Shown: positions 24,526 to 38,345 of the stretch, piece by piece | How the letters are laid out: every line of letters starts with the position of its first letter | Position numbering within the stretch: position 1 is the stretch's first letter | Assembly (NCBI RefSeq): GCF_018350175.1 | Contig: NC_058369.1 | Span: forward strand, 10,728,001-10,788,000 | Direction: 5' to 3' | DNA: 60,000 nt | DNA from: Felis catus | Taxonomy: Eukaryota | The notes under the pieces: model-generated | The model's input: only the letters and a program-made list of their open reading frames with translations | The model's database searches: none | What the model was told of the DNA's origin: nothing | Program-made: the position numbers and the translations under genes

Positions 24526-25463
24526 TCAGCACAAGACAATTGGCCCTTTTATAGCTGCCATACCAGAGAATCTCATCAGAGGAAATAATGTCTTTGCTCC
24601 TCAGGCTATAGATGAAGGATTTCAGCATGGGTGTGACCACCGTGTACATCACTGAGCCTGTTGCACTTGAGTGGGAGCTCTGGGTAGCAGCAGAGCTGAG
24701 GTACACTCCTAGGCTTGTACAGTAAAATAAAGAGACCACTGAAAGGTGAGACACACAGGTGGAAAATGCTTTATACTTGCCCTGAGCTGATGAAATCCCA
24801 CGTATGAAGGAAATTATCTTATAGTAAGAGTAAAGGATCCCAAAAAAGGGACCACCAGCCAGCAGAATAGCTCCAAAATACACCACCATGTTATTGAGAA
24901 AGGTGTCAGGACAGACAAGTTGGATCATCGGATTGAGCTCACAGAAAAAGTGGGGGATTTCCCAGACTGTACAGAAGGACAGCTGCAACACCATTAAGCT
25001 TTCTAACAAGGAATGCAGAGCACTCCAGGACCAGGAGTCCACAGAGCCAGGAGCTCATAATGACCATGTAGTTTACCGGGTGGCAGATGGCCACAAACCT
25101 GTCGTAGGCCATCACACTCAGGAGAAAGTCGTCCATCCCTGCAAAGGTTATGAAAAAGTTCATTTGTGTGATACAGTCCTCATAGGTTATGACTTTGGTC
25201 TGGGTCTGGATGTTCCAGAGCATCTTCGGGACGGTGGTGGAGGTGAAGCAGATGTCTACAAAGGACAGGTTGGCCAGGAAGAAGTACATGGGGGTGTGGA
25301 GGTGGGAGTCAGAGCTGACGGCCAGGAGGATGAGCAGGTTCCCAAACACAGTGATCAGATACATGGAGAGGAAAAGCTCAAATACGAGGGGCTGCAGTTC
25401 TGTTTCTTCTGAAAATCCCGTAAGAAGAAATTCTGAAATTCCTATATCGTTTCCTGGGTCCAT
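24526..25463 (-). pseudogene. Olfactory receptor OR-2, OR7A-like pseudogene
   Basis: Starts [12 protein letters not shown]; frameshifting deletion at ~25025 in TM4 (VSWIM missing); PMLKSFIY replaces PMLNPFIY; probable second frameshift at ~24585. Confidence 0.92.
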
Positions 25464-26364
25464 GTGGTGGAGGTGACTACCAATAAAGGGGAAAATAACA
25501 TGACTAATTTTCACATCAATAGACATGGCTCACATTGTTGAAATGCTACAATTTACATTTTCCAGTCAAGAAAGTTATTTCAATATTTTGTGAATGGATG
25601 GGTGCTCTGGAGGGGATCCCCATTTCCTCTCTTATTAGGAGTTTTCATCCCAACATCGGATGTTCCCCAAAAGGCTGGGTATTGTGCAGTTTTAATAAGA
25701 AATTATCTCATGCATTTGAGGAATATATAGACCATCAACCATGTTTTCAGCATTTCCAAGTCATAAAGTAGACGGTGCTGAAAAGAAAAGGTACCTATTA
25801 ATCATTGCTGGTGATAGGATATACACGTATATAAAAATTAAATAATCCTGAGATGTGGACTGAGGCTATGAAGGAAATGAAGGCAAGTCAAAAGAAAGAG
25901 TGGATGGGCTGTTATGTTGGGTGTTCAGTCAAGATTGACTAAGAAGGTGACATTTGAACAGAGACCTCAAAGAAGAGAGAGTGCAAGACAGGAGGTCTTC
26001 CTGGCAGGAGGAAGGACAGTGCAAAGGCCCTGCGGAAACACTTTTTTTTTTTCCAGAAAATCAAGGCTCAGAAGGAAGCCAGTGTAATGGCGGGGAGTTG
26101 AAAAGAGGGAGAGTGATGAGAGGTACTGGCAGCGAATTTTGTGGATCCATGTGGCCTCGCAGCTGCTTAAAATTCAAGACACAGGGAGCTCCTTGTCCAC
26201 ACTATGTACCTCTTGCACTTTGTTAATCTGGTTGTAATAGCATCCTGTCAACTGAACATCCCTTGTCAGTATCATCTGTTGATTGAGTCTGACCTGTGTA
26301 TTATAGGGTCAACCTGGAATAGAGGTGCCTATAAACCCCTGCTCTGAGACCTGCTGTCACTGCA

Positions 26365-26395
<31 letters not shown>

Positions 26396-29197
26396 TGCAC
26401 CGTATCCTCCTGGTGTGTGTTACTTGTATGTCTTCACCTCCCCCTGCCTGCCCCAACACACTTTTTAGGATATGAATGCATACACATCATATTACCTTTC
26501 CCAGAAGGAAAGTAGAAATAGTACCAGAAAGTCCTATTCATTGCTTCCTAAGGACAAATAATCCTGGGGCTCCATTTTGGAATGGTCTTCTTCTGGCCTG
26601 TATGTAAAGAAAAATTTAAAAGTTGTGTTCAACGGACAGAGAGAGAGACAGAGAGAGAGGGAGAGAATGGTGTTGGTGGCCTCCAATCCTAATTATATCC
26701 CATTTACACCCAGCAAAAATAATTAAAGGGCAAAATAAATTTCTCTAAATGAGAAAAGTAGCGACATCTTTATGACGTGAACATCACAGATTGAACATCG
26801 CAAGAGAATAAACCAACACGTCTCATAATTTGGGCATTTTTATTGGCAGATAGAAGAGAGCAGACTTGATTTTCCTGTGTTTATTCCATATTCATTTGAT
26901 TAATCAGTTTTTATATGGCCAAATAGAGGATGAGGTAAGCCTCTTTGTCACTTGTCTTATGTGGCATTTTTTTGGTGTGTATTTGTTGTTCTTATGCTTT
27001 GAATTTTAGTCACTTTCTTGACAAGTCTGATGAGCACAACTAGTCATGGTTCTGTTCCTTGTCCAACAGGTAACGTGCTCTCCAGACCCTATGAAATCCT
27101 AAACACCCCATGACAATCTATCCCCTAACTCTGAATAAGCTTCATGTAACTTACCCAAGTACATTATTTTGTACTCACATTTATTTTTACTGCACTCCTG
27201 TGTGTCATCGTGACGTGATTACCAAAGGAGCAGGAACGTCTGCTCATCTTCCCTTTACAAAAGTATGTGGATGTATATGCACTTATATAGAAACGGATTC
27301 ATGAAAATGAGACATTATGAAATACAAAGAACGACAGACAGAATAAAACCAGGTTAAAGAGCAGTTTCAGTACAACCATGTTATACAAAACTGAATGAAG
27401 TTTTGAGCAGTAACTGAAACATGATCTACAGGACCAGTAAGTCAACAAAATCAACAGAGAAAAGTAATAAAATTCCCCAAGACCTGGATAAAAAAAGAGT
27501 ATAGCATATAAAGTTCTTAAAAATTTCTGGCACCAGAGCAGATGCTCTTTCAGTATTAATTGAATGAGTCAGGAATTAGGTCTCATTATATATGGACATT
27601 TAATACTTGACAAAGCTGCATTTAAGTGTCGTCAGAAAAGACTGGATTGTTGAGTGAAAGCTGGCACAAAGGCTTTCTACGTGGAAGGAAGAGTGGTGCT
27701 TCCTTATTTCACACATTGCACCAAAAATCCAAAGGAGTAAGTAAACCCCCAGTGTAAGAGTAACCATTCCATTTTAGATGAGCATCTAGAAAATTACATA
27801 TAAAATCTACTGGTGGGAAAATCATCATTTGTAAGGCAAGAAAAAAAACTCAGAAGGTAGAAGATACATACATTTCACTAAATGAATTTTAAAACTATTT
27901 TATGGGCCAAAAGACCTAACTAAAAGTCAATAGAGAAGCTGTGATTTACAACAATTATTTCAAATGCTCATAATTATAGATAAATAGGCATATAATATGT
28001 GGACATATAATAATAATAATAGGCAAATTAAATCAAATATGTGAATCTTTAACTGAGCTAATAGTTTTAAGAATCAACAAGTAATCTCTTTCACACTGAT
28101 CATCTTGTGAAAATACTCAAAGGGCTGTCCCACTGATTGGGATCAGAATTTTTAAACAAGTAGCAAAAAGGCACCTTTTTTTTAATTTTATTTTTTTAAT
28201 TTACATCCAAGTTAGTTAGCATGTAGTGCAACAATGATTTCAGGAGTAGATTCCTTGATGCCCTTTACCCACTGAGCCCATCCGCCCTCCCACAACCCCT
28301 CCAGTAACCCTCTGTTTGTTGTCCATATTTAATAGTCTCTTATGTTTTGTTCCCCCTCCTTGTTTTTATATTACTTTTGCTTCCTTTCCCTCGTGTTCAT
28401 CTGTTCTGTGTCTTAAAGCCCTCATATCAGTGAAGTCATATGATATTTGTCTTTGTCTGACTAATTTTGCTTAGCATAATACCCTCTAGTTCCATCCACC
28501 TAGTTGCAAATGGCAAGATTTCATTCTTTTTGATTGCCGAGAAATACTCCATTGTATATATACACCACATCTTCTTTATCCATTCATCCATCAATGGACA
28601 TTTGGGCTCTTTCCATACTTTGGCTATTGTTGATAGTGCTGCTATAAACATAAACATGGGGGTGCATGTGTACCTTCAAAAGAGCACACCTGTATCCCGT
28701 GGATAAATGCCTAGTAGTGAAATTTCTGGCTCTAGGGTAGTTCTATTTTTAGTTTTTTTGAGGAACCTCCATACTGTTTTCCAGAGTGGCTGCACCAGCT
28801 TGCATTCCCACCAACAATGCAAAAGAGATCCTCTTTCTCTGCATCCTCGCCAACATCTGGTGTTGCCTGAGTTGTTAATGTTAGCCATTCTGACAGGTGT
28901 GAGGTGGTCTCTCATTGTGGTTTTGATTTGTATTTCCTTTATGATGAGTGATGTTGAGCATCTTTTCATATGCTGGTGGCCATCTGGATGTCTTCTTTAG
29001 AGAAGTGTCTATTCATGTCTTTTGCCCATTTCTTCACTGGATTATTTGTTTTTTGGGTGTTGAGTTTGATAAGTTCTTTATAGATTTTTGGATACTAACC
29101 TTTTATCTGATATGTCGTTTGCAAATATCTTCTCCCATTCTGTTGGTTGTCTTTTAGTTTTGCTGATTTTTTCCTTTGCTGTGCAGAAACTTTTTAT

Positions 29198-29642
29198 TTT
29201 ATTTTATTTTTTATTTTTTAAAATTTACATCTAAATTAGTTGGCATATATTGAAACAATGATTTCAGGAGTAGATTCTTTTTTTTAAATTTTTTTTTCAA
29301 CGTTTATTTATTTTTGGGACAGAGAGAGACAGAGCATGAACGGGGGAGGGGCAGAGAGAGAGGGAGACACAGAATCGGAAACAGGCTCCAGGCTCTGAGC
29401 CATCAGCCCAGAGCCCGACGCGGGGCTCGAACTCACGTACCGCGAGATCGTGACCTGGCTGAAGTCGGACACTTAACCGACTGCGCCACCCAGGCGCCCC
29501 CAGGAGTAGATTCTTTAATGCCCCTTACCCATTTAGCCCATCCCCCCTCCCAAAACCCCTCCAGTGACCCTCAGTTTGTTCTCCATATTTATGAGTCTCT
29601 TCTGTTTTGTCCCCCTCCCTGTTTTTATATTATTTTTGTTCC
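29198..29642 (-). mobile_element. Short L1 3'-end insertion nested in the L1
   Basis: TSD CAGAAACTTTTTAT (29184-29197) / CAGAAGCTTTTTAT (29643-29656). Confidence 0.8.
29281..29500 (-). mobile_element. Young SINEC_Fc-type SINE
   Basis: Perfect 16-bp TSD CAGGAGTAGATTCTTT (29265-29280, 29501-29516); CpG-rich. Confidence 0.95.
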
Positions 29643-31879
29643 CAGAAGCTTTTTATATTGATGAGGTCCCAATAGTTCATTTTTGCTTTTGTTTCCCTTG
29701 CCTCCAGAGACGTGTTGAGTAAGAAGTTCCTGCAGCCAAGGTCAAGGAGGTTTTTGCCTGCTTTCTCCTTGAGGATTTTGATGGCTTCCTGTCTTACATT
29801 GAGGTCTTTCATCCATTTTGAGTTTATTTTTGTGTCTGGTGTAAGAAAGTGGTCCAGGTTCATTTTTCTGCAAGTTGCTGTCCAGTTTTCCCAGCACCAC
29901 TTGCTGAAGAGACTGTCTTTATTCCATTGGATATTCTTTCCTGCTTTGTCAAGGCCATAGGTTTGTCGGTCCATTTCTGGGTTCTCTACTCTGTTCCATT
30001 GACTTGAGTGTCTGTTCTTGTGCCAGTCCCACACTGTCTTCATGATTACAGCTTTGTAAAACATCTTGAAGTCTGAGATTGTGATGCCTCCTGCTTTGGT
30101 TTTCTTCTTCAAGATTGCTTTGGCTAGTTGGGGTCTTTTCTGGTTCCATACAAATTTTAGGATTGTTTGTTCTATCTCTGTGAAGAATGCTGGTGTTACT
30201 TTGATAGGGAATGCATTGGATGTGTAGAAGTCTTTGTGTAGTATTGACATTTTAACAATATTTGTTCTTCCTATCCAGGAGCATGGAATCTTTTTCCATT
30301 TTTTTGTGCCATCTTCAATTTCTTTCATGAGCTTTCTATAGTTTTCAGTGTATAGATTTTTTACCTCTTTGGTTAGAATTATTCTTAGGTATTTTATAGG
30401 TTTTGGTGCAATTGTAAATGGGATCCTTGTAAATAGTAAAAGGGATTCCTTGATTTCCCTTTCTATTGCTTCATTGTTGGTGTATAGGAATGCAATTGAT
30501 TTCTGTGCATTGGTTTTATATCCTGCAGCTTTGCCAAATTCATGAATCAGTTCTAGCAGTTTTTGGTGGAATCTTTTGTGTTTTCCATATAAAGTATCCT
30601 GTCATCTGTGAAGAGTGAAAGTTTGATCCCCTCTTGGCTGATTTGGATGCCTTTTATTTCTTTGTGTTGTCTGATGGCTGAGGCTAGGACTTCCAACACT
30701 ATTTTGAATAACAATGATGAGAGTGGACATCCCTGTCTTGTCCCTGACCTTAGGGGGAAAGCTCTCAGTTTTTCCCCATTGAGGATGATATTAGCATTGG
30801 GTCTTTCATATATGGCTTTTATGATCTTGAGATATGATCCTTCTGTTCCTACTTTCCTGAGGGTTTTTATCAAGAAATGATGCTGTATTTTATCAAATGC
30901 TTTCTCTGCATCTATTGAGATGATCATATGGTTCTTGTCCTGTCTTTTTTTTGATGTGATGAATCACATTGGTTGTTTTGTGGATATTGAATCAGCCCTG
31001 CATCCCAGGTATAAATCCCACTTGTTCATGGTGAATAATTTTTTAATGTATTGTTGGATCCAGTTGGCCAATAACTTGTTGAGGATTTTTGCATTGATAT
31101 TCATCAAAAAAGGAGCCAGCATTACATTAGTGGATTGGAGACAAGTCCATGAGGAATTGTTAGGAAAGAAGGAAAAGGGACACAAGGTAGAAGAAAAGCC
31201 TGCACTGAAATATAAAGAGCATTCATGATGTGCATAGGATCTTACTGAAACATTTGTATGAAAGTGTATGAATAGGAATTCATGCATAAAATGGAAGAGA
31301 AATTTTATAAGACTTCTGGAACAAAGAAAATCAGTAAGAATAACATTTGGTTAAGTCTACTGTTTCTAAACAACTATATTGAATGAAAACAACAAAATTG
31401 AATGAATATGTGCTACTAACTTACATAAAGACCTACAAGAACAATAACCTAATGATACCAACATTGGTCACTAATTCAAGGGCAGATTGCCAAAGACTTG
31501 GAAATGAAAAGGTATATCAGAAGCGCATTTACAACGTGGGGAAGAAGCAGTAAGTAAGTTGTGATTTCATCTTACACAAAGATACACAGATTCATATAGA
31601 CTTCTAGAATGGAAAAATGATCTTTAGTCAAATGATGAATAAAAATACCTTCCAGATGATGGCCAAAGGTGATGCAACTTTCAGAAATACATCTACTCCC
31701 CAAATGCCAAGAAGACCAATAAGGAATAACAAAGATATGAAAACAAGTCAGAAACATGCCTAAAGGGTAATTTATTATGGCTAAGAATGAAGCACTTTAT
31801 TTCTTGTGTATAGCAAGGACTGACACAAGAAGAGTATTGAAGTGCCTGCTCAACCCTGTCAGTAAGAAAATGAAAAATA

Positions 31880-32002
31880 GGAGTGCCTAGGTGGCTTGGT
31901 AGCTAAGCGTTTGACTCTTGATTTCGGCTCGGGTCATGATCTCACGGTTCATGAGTTTAAGACCTGCATCAGGCTCCATGCTGAATGTTGAGCCTGTTTA
32001 AG

Positions 32003-32049
<47 letters not shown>

Positions 32050-32181
32050 CTCTTTCTCTCTCTCTTCCTTTGCAGCTCTTCCCCACTCATGTGCTGTCTC
32101 TAAAATAAAATAAAATAAAATAAAATAAAATAAAGTAAGATAAGATAAAATAAAATAAAAGTTTCTTTAAAAAAAAAAAAA
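31880..32181 (+). mobile_element. CanSINE with (CT)n and (TAAAA)n tail
   Basis: GGAGTGCCTAGGTGGCT start and GGTCATGATCTCACGG box. Confidence 0.88.
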
Positions 32182-33225
32182 GAAACACAATGTAGAGACT
32201 GATAAGTAGCACAGAATTGAATAGATCAGAACAACTCCCACCAGACAATCCCATTCGATTACAAAGACATTATATTAAAACAGGTGTTTTCAGAAGGGTT
32301 TGTTACACAGTCCTAGGGAACAGATATAATTATAACAGCAACCAGAACCCAGAGGAATTATAATAATATGCTTCTTCCCATTTTAGGTATTTGTGCTGAT
32401 ATTTGGGGACAGAAGTCATGGTTACTCTGTTATTAAAATTTATTTTAGATAGGCTGTGTTATAAAGAGACTTTGTTAGGGTTCCAACCAGGTAATCAAGA
32501 GAAGTTGGAAGGACAAGGCTCTTGGCACCAAAGTTGTGACCTGAATCATATGACTGGACAGGAATTCAATGTCTAAAGAGTCATCCTTTGATCATGAGGA
32601 TATATATGTATGATATATAAAAGATGATATTGATATTGTTCAATCATTGCCCATAGCATGGTTATGATCTTTCATTTAGAGCAGTGGAATGAGTCCTATC
32701 TGTATGCAGCAGAAAGAGTTAAGATGATTCAGTAAAATCACCATAAACATGTTTTTGGAAAACATGGAAAAAATACAACTCTAGTACATGGACACCAAAC
32801 TAACTCCATACTTCAGTGAGTAGATGGACAGCACAAAATGAAATATTTTGCTCAGTAATACTCAGTATAATTTCAATTTTTCTTCATCATAGTTAAGATC
32901 TTCCTCGACTCAAAGGCCGTATGAAGTTAATCTATTTATTCAAATATGTGTTTCTGTTGTAAACACCATTTGGAGACATGTATTTGGTGATCATTTTGCC
33001 AATCATTGTTGTAAGCACTGTGGATACCGCTGCATAGGAGAACATGATCATCATAAGGAGAATGGAATGCAATGGCTTACCTATAAGATGAACTATATTA
33101 GTCTACATTGTCAGAACGAGAAGTCAAGGCAGTGAAGGACAAAGTATTGATATACACAAGTGAAAAACTGGGGTCTCATACTTTCCTGTATTATGAAATT
33201 ATATGAATGGTCTTGGTTATAGTAG

Positions 33226-33812
33226 TTTTTTCTTTTTTTTAAAAATAATTTATTGACAGATTGGTTTCCAAACAACACCCAGTGCTCATCCCAGCAGGTA
33301 CCTTCCTCAATGCCCATCACCCACTTTCCCCTCTCCCCCACCCCCCTTCAACCCTCACTTTGTTCTCAGTATCCAAGAGTCTCTTATGGTTTGGCTCCCT
33401 CCCTCTCTGTAACTTTTTTTTTCCCTCCGCGTCCTCCATGGTCTTCTGTTAAGTTTCTCAAGATCCACCTATGAGTGAAAACATATGGTATCTGTCTTTC
33501 TCTGCCCAACTTATTTCACTTAGCATAATACCTTCCAGTTCCATCCATGTTGCTGCAAATGGCCAGATTTCATTCTTTCTCATTGCCAAGTAGTATTCCA
33601 TTGTATATATTAGTGACATCTTCTTTATCCATTCGTCAGTTGATGGACATTTAGGCTCTTTCCATAATTTGGTTATTGTTGAAAGTGCTGCTATAAACAT
33701 TGCGGTACAAGTGCCCCTATGCATCAGCACTCCTGGATCCCTTGGATAAATTCCTAGCAGTGCTATTGCTAGGTCATAGGGTAGTTCTATTTTTAATTTT
33801 TTGAGCAACATC
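33226..33812 (-). mobile_element. Short 5'-truncated L1 in the 3' flank of OR-3
   Basis: ORF2 C-terminus (KIELPYD...EKDRYHMFSL) and 3'UTR. Confidence 0.88.
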
Positions 33813-34235
33813 CACTCTGTTTTCCTTTTTTCTATATGAGTAATATAACTCATGGCTATCCTTTTAGTAAAACAGGAGAAAAATTACTTGGAATGATATA
33901 TGTTGTTTGAGTAGAAATTATTTTTAAGAAATTCATGTTACCCCAGGAGACAAGTGGGAATTTCCAAATATTTTTTTATCAAAACTGAAAAAATATTTGA
34001 AAAAGTAGGAAATAGACAAAGGGGAAACCGTCTATATATCAGACAGAGCAGAGGCTTAATAAGTGAGTTACTTAAAAAAATATGGAGAAGTTGAAGTCAA
34101 GCAAATGAAATTCTGGGAAATAAATAGAAAAGCATATTCTTCTTCCAGAGTCTGATCAAAGAACGGCAGATTCTAGCTCTGAGGTTTTGAGCCCTGCAAT
34201 CATGGGCATGTCTTCAGTCCCCGGACAATTGGTCC

Positions 34236-35168
34236 TTATGTCACTGGAACCCCAACGATTCTTTTCAGAGCCCTCTTTATGTCTCTGTTCCTCAGGCTGT
34301 AGATGAAGGGGTTCAGCATGGGTGAGACCACCGTGTACATCACCGAGGCTGTGGCACTTGAGTAGGAGCTCTGGGTAGCAGCCGAGCTAAGGTACACTCC
34401 TAGGCCTGTACAGTAAAATAAGGAGACAACTGACAGGTGAGACGCACAGGTGGAAAATGCTCTGTACTTGCCTTGAGCTGATGAGATCCCACATATGGAG
34501 GAGACTATCTTAGAATAAGAGTAAAGGACCCCAGCCAGGGGAGCACCACCCAGCAGCACAGTTGCAAAATACATCATCATGTCATTAAGAAAGGTGTCAG
34601 AACAGGCAAGTTGGATCATCTGATTGAGTTCACAGAAAAAGTGGGGGATTTCCATGTCTGTACAGAAGGACAGCTGCAGCACCATTAAGGTTTGTAACAA
34701 GGAATTTGTAACACTGATGATCCAGGACACCAGAACAAGCAATCCACAGAGCTGGGGGTTCATGATGACAGTGTAGTGCAGGGGGTGACAGATGGCCACA
34801 AACCGGTCATAGGCCATTGCAGATAGGAGAAAGTCATCCAGCTCTGCACAGAGTAAGAAAAAATACATCTGGCTAATGCAGCCTGCATAGTTAATGACCT
34901 TGCTCTGAGTCTGGGTGTTCAGAAGCATCTTCGGGACAGTGGTGGATGTGAAGCAGATGTCTACAAAGGACAGGTTGGCCAGGAAGAAGTACATGGGGGT
35001 GTGGAGGTGGGAGTCAGAGCTGATGGCCAGGATGATGAGCAGGTTCCCAAACACAGTGATCAGGTACATGGAGAGGAAAAGCCCAAATATGAGGGGCCAT
35101 AATTCTGGTTCCTCTGAAAATCCCAGAAGAAGAAACTTTGAAATGTGTGTATCATTGCCTAGTTCCAT
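34236..35168 (-). CDS. Olfactory receptor OR-3, OR7A-like, intact 310 aa
   Basis: [12 protein letters not shown]...[15 protein letters not shown]...LACSDT...[12 protein letters not shown]; splice acceptor 13 nt upstream of the ATG. Confidence 0.95.
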   Translation of the reverse strand: MELGNDTHISKFLLLGFSEEPELWPLIFGLFLSMYLITVFGNLLIILAISSDSHLHTPMYFFLANLSFVDICFTSTTVPKMLLNTQTQSKVINYAGCISQMYFFLLCAELDDFLLSAMAYDRFVAICHPLHYTVIMNPQLCGLLVLVSWIISVTNSLLQTLMVLQLSFCTDMEIPHFFCELNQMIQLACSDTFLNDMMMYFATVLLGGAPLAGVLYSYSKIVSSICGISSAQGKYRAFSTCASHLSVVSLFYCTGLGVYLSSAATQSSYSSATASVMYTVVSPMLNPFIYSLRNRDIKRALKRIVGVPVT

Positions 35169-35239
35169 CTGGTGGAGTTGACTACTTAGGAGAGAAAAAA
35201 AAATAACATGATTAATTTTCAAGCAAATGGCTTTATTTA

Positions 35240-36260
35240 TACATTTTCTTTTTTTCTTTTTTTCTTTTATTTATGTTCCAGGTAGTTGATATACAGTGTA
35301 AAACTAGTTTCAGGTGTAGAATACAGTGATTCAACAGTTGCACACTTGACCAGTGCTCTTTAGGACCAGTGCGCTCCTAAATCCCCATCAGCTATTTCCC
35401 CCAAATCTCCCTCCCCATTGGCAAGTTTGTTCTCTACAGTTAAGAGTGTATTTTTTGGTTTACCTCTCTCTTTTTTCCCTTTGTCCATTTGTTTTCTTTT
35501 TTAAATCCACAGGTGAGTGAAATCATATGGTATTTGTCTTACTCTGACTTATTTTGCTTAGCATAATAAACTCTAGCTCCATCCACGTTGTTGTAAATGG
35601 CAAGATTTCATTCTTTTTGATGGCTGAGTAAGATTCCCTTGTATATATTAATATATGTGTGTGTATATATACATGCACACAGCACACATGTGGATGCATA
35701 CATGTCCATGTATGTATAGATAGTTGGGCCATTTCCGTAGTTTGGCTGGTGTAGATATTGCTGCTATAAACATCTGGGTGCATGTATCCCTTTGGGTTAG
35801 TATTTTTGTGTTCTTTAGGTAAATACCTAGTAGTGCAACTGCTGGATCATAGGATAGTTTTGTTTTTAATGTTTTGAGCAATCTTCATACTGTTTTCTAG
35901 AGCAGATGCACGATTTGCCTTCCCACCAACAGAGAGAGAGGGTTCCCCTTTCTCCACGTCCTCTCCAACATCTTTTGTTTCCTGTGTTCTTGATTTTAGC
36001 CATTCTGACAGGGGTAAGGTAATATCTCATTGTAGTTTTGATTTGTATTTCCCAGACAATGGGTGATGTTGAGCATCTTTTCATGTGTCTGTTAGCCATT
36101 TGGATGTCTTCTTTGGAAAAAAATGTTTATTCATATTTAATGCCCATTTTTTAAACTAGATTATTTGTGTTTTGGGTGTTGAATTTGATAAGTTCTTTAT
36201 AGATTTTGGATGCTAACCCTTTATTAGATAAGCCTTTTGCAAATATCTCCTCCCATTCCA
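35240..36260 (-). mobile_element. Carnivore L1 3' fragment immediately upstream of the OR-3 coding exon
   Basis: [12 protein letters not shown] and WMELEFIMLSKISQ translations. Confidence 0.85.
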
Positions 36261-36261
36261 T

Positions 36262-36430
36262 AATTGCAGTACATAGTATTTTCCCAAAGCATATAAAAAT
36301 TCTAATTCAAAGAGATACCCACACCCTGATGCTTATAGCAGCATTATCAACAATAGCCAAGTTATGGAAAGAGCCCAAATGTCCGTAGACTGATGAATGG
36401 ACAAGGAAGGTGTGGTATATGTTATGTGTG

Positions 36431-36469
<39 letters not shown>

Positions 36470-36860
36470 AAATATTACACAGACACAAAAAGAATGAAAT
36501 CTTGCCATTTGCAACAATGTAGATGGATCTAGAGAGTATTATGGTAAGCAAAATAAGTCAGTCAGAGAAAGACAAATGCTGTATGATTTCACTCATATGT
36601 GGAATTTAAGAAACAAACCAAATGAACATGGTGGGGGGGGAGAGGCAAACCAAGAAACAGACTTGTAAATCTAGAGAACAAAATAAGGGTTGCTACAGGG
36701 GGGTGGTGGAGGGGGTGGGTTAAATATGGGTTGAGGATTAAGGAGGACACTTTTGATGAGCACTGGGTATTGTATATAAGTGTTGAATCACTAAATTCTA
36801 TTCTTGAAACTAATATTACACCATATGTTAACTAGCTGGAATTTAAATAAAAACTTGCAG
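36262..36860 (+). mobile_element. Carnivore L1 3' fragment, opposite orientation
   Basis: [17 protein letters not shown] translation; 3'UTR ending GAATTTAAATAAAAAC. Confidence 0.85.
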
Positions 36861-36893
36861 GAAAAAAGTCCCTACAATGCAATTATGGAGAAA

Positions 36894-36895
<2 letters not shown>

Positions 36896-36933
<38 letters not shown>
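36896..36933. repeat. (TA)n microsatellite
   Basis: Direct reading. Confidence 0.95.
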
Positions 36934-36939
<6 letters not shown>

Positions 36940-37589
36940 AAAAATCTTATACCATGTCAGATGGTGACAGGTGCTATGCAAAAAAAAAAAGTAGGTATAG
37001 AAAGGAATGGATGGGGAGGGCTCTATTTTTTAATAGGTGTTCAGGAAGGCCTGCAAAGAAGGTGACACTTTAACAGAGGCTTCCAGAAAGACTTAGCAGG
37101 AGGCAGGAGGATATTGGGGGAAGTGTGTGCCCTGCAGGGAAAACAGAGCCAAGACCCTGGAGAAGGCGTTTAGTCCAGATATTCAAATCTCACAATGAAG
37201 TCAGCGTGGGGAGGGAATGCATAGGGATGAGAGGTGTTGGCAGAGAATGCTGAGGGGCAAGGTGGCTCTCCCGCCACTGTTGAAACTTGAAAAGACAGGC
37301 AGTCCTTCCTTCCCAAGATGTTCTTGGGATTTTAAAAATTTTGTTCCAAGGTATTCTGTGAATTGAGATAGAGCCCTTCCTTATTTCCGTCCGTTGGTTG
37401 ACATCGTAGCATTTAAAGGTCACATATTGGAGTATATGAACTCAGGTTCCATTGCCCTGAGGACTGCTTGTGCCCCACAACACACACGTGCACACACACG
37501 CACATGCACACACACACGTGCACACACACACGCACACACAGAGTGCACTGTGGCCTCCTGGCGCCGCGTTACTATCATGCTTTTCTCAC

Positions 37590-37630
37590 ATGCAACCCCC
37601 ATAATTTTGAAAGAAACGATACAAGGCAAG
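37590..37630 (-). other. Candidate 41-nt non-coding exon of OR-3
   Basis: Minus strand TTGACAG|CTTGCCTTGTATC...GCAT|GTGAGA; paralog at 51459-51499. Confidence 0.5.
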
Positions 37631-38149
37631 CTGTCAACATCAGATTACCTTTACCCTAAAGAATGTGTAAATAGTACTTAAATTCTAGTTAGAAAGCCAT
37701 GGACATGTAAATATGGGGCTCCATTTTAATTAGATCATCTTGTGTCCTGTATTTAAAGAAACAAAAGAAATCGGTTCCAAGAACACAGAGAGGAAAGAAA
37801 TGGACACAGGGGAAAGAAGATCTAAGAAACTCGGGTTGTCCCTGAGAGACTGTGATGAGAAAGCTTCCCTGGTTCTGGCAGCATTCCAGCCCCAGTTACA
37901 TACCTTCATGCCCAGAATAATGAACAAAACCAGAACAAAACAGTATATCCAACCCAGAGAGGAGTGGCGTTATTTATGATGTGAAGACATTTACATCATA
38001 AATGATTGAATATCCCTCTAGAAAAATGTGCAAAGGGAAGAAACCTACGTAAGACAACAGAAGTTACACAGTGTACAACAACAGAAGGGATTTTTCAAGA
38101 TGCAGAACAAGAGTTTTCTGAACGATTTTAAATGCGAAACTTTTGGAAT

Positions 38150-38345
38150 CAGAAAACCAGCTTTTGAAAGTCAGATCTACCCCATATAAGCTGTTTGAAC
38201 TTGAGAAAGACAATGCATCTATTCCAAATGTGAATATCCTTACTCAGATAGAGGGGATAAGCAGTGTCCATCCTCCTAGGGTGGTAGACGGCGTTAGTCA
38301 GTGTATGTAAAAGGCTTACAATGGTTCCTTCTCGTTAGCAAGTGG
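38150..38345 (+). mobile_element. MIR-like SINE remnant
   Basis: Degenerate MIR core, GCTGTTTGAACTTGAG...GTATGTAAAAGGCTTA. Confidence 0.5.

Larger units (their letters stand above)
28176..31105 (-). mobile_element. 5'-truncated carnivore L1 with a nested short L1 and SINE
   Basis: ORF2 fragments; 3'UTR at ~28200-28440. Confidence 0.9.

Noticed and set aside
24888..25476. Plus-strand ORFs opposite OR-2, and similar ones opposite the other ORs
   Set aside because: Antisense shadows of OR coding sequence
35169..35222. N-terminal extensions of OR-3 and OR-2 in the ORF track
   Set aside because: They cross the polypyrimidine/AG splice acceptor 13 nt upstream of the true ATG
35240..36860. Second L1 palindrome
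   Set aside because: Two opposed L1 3' fragments that are clearly diverged from each other; independent insertions
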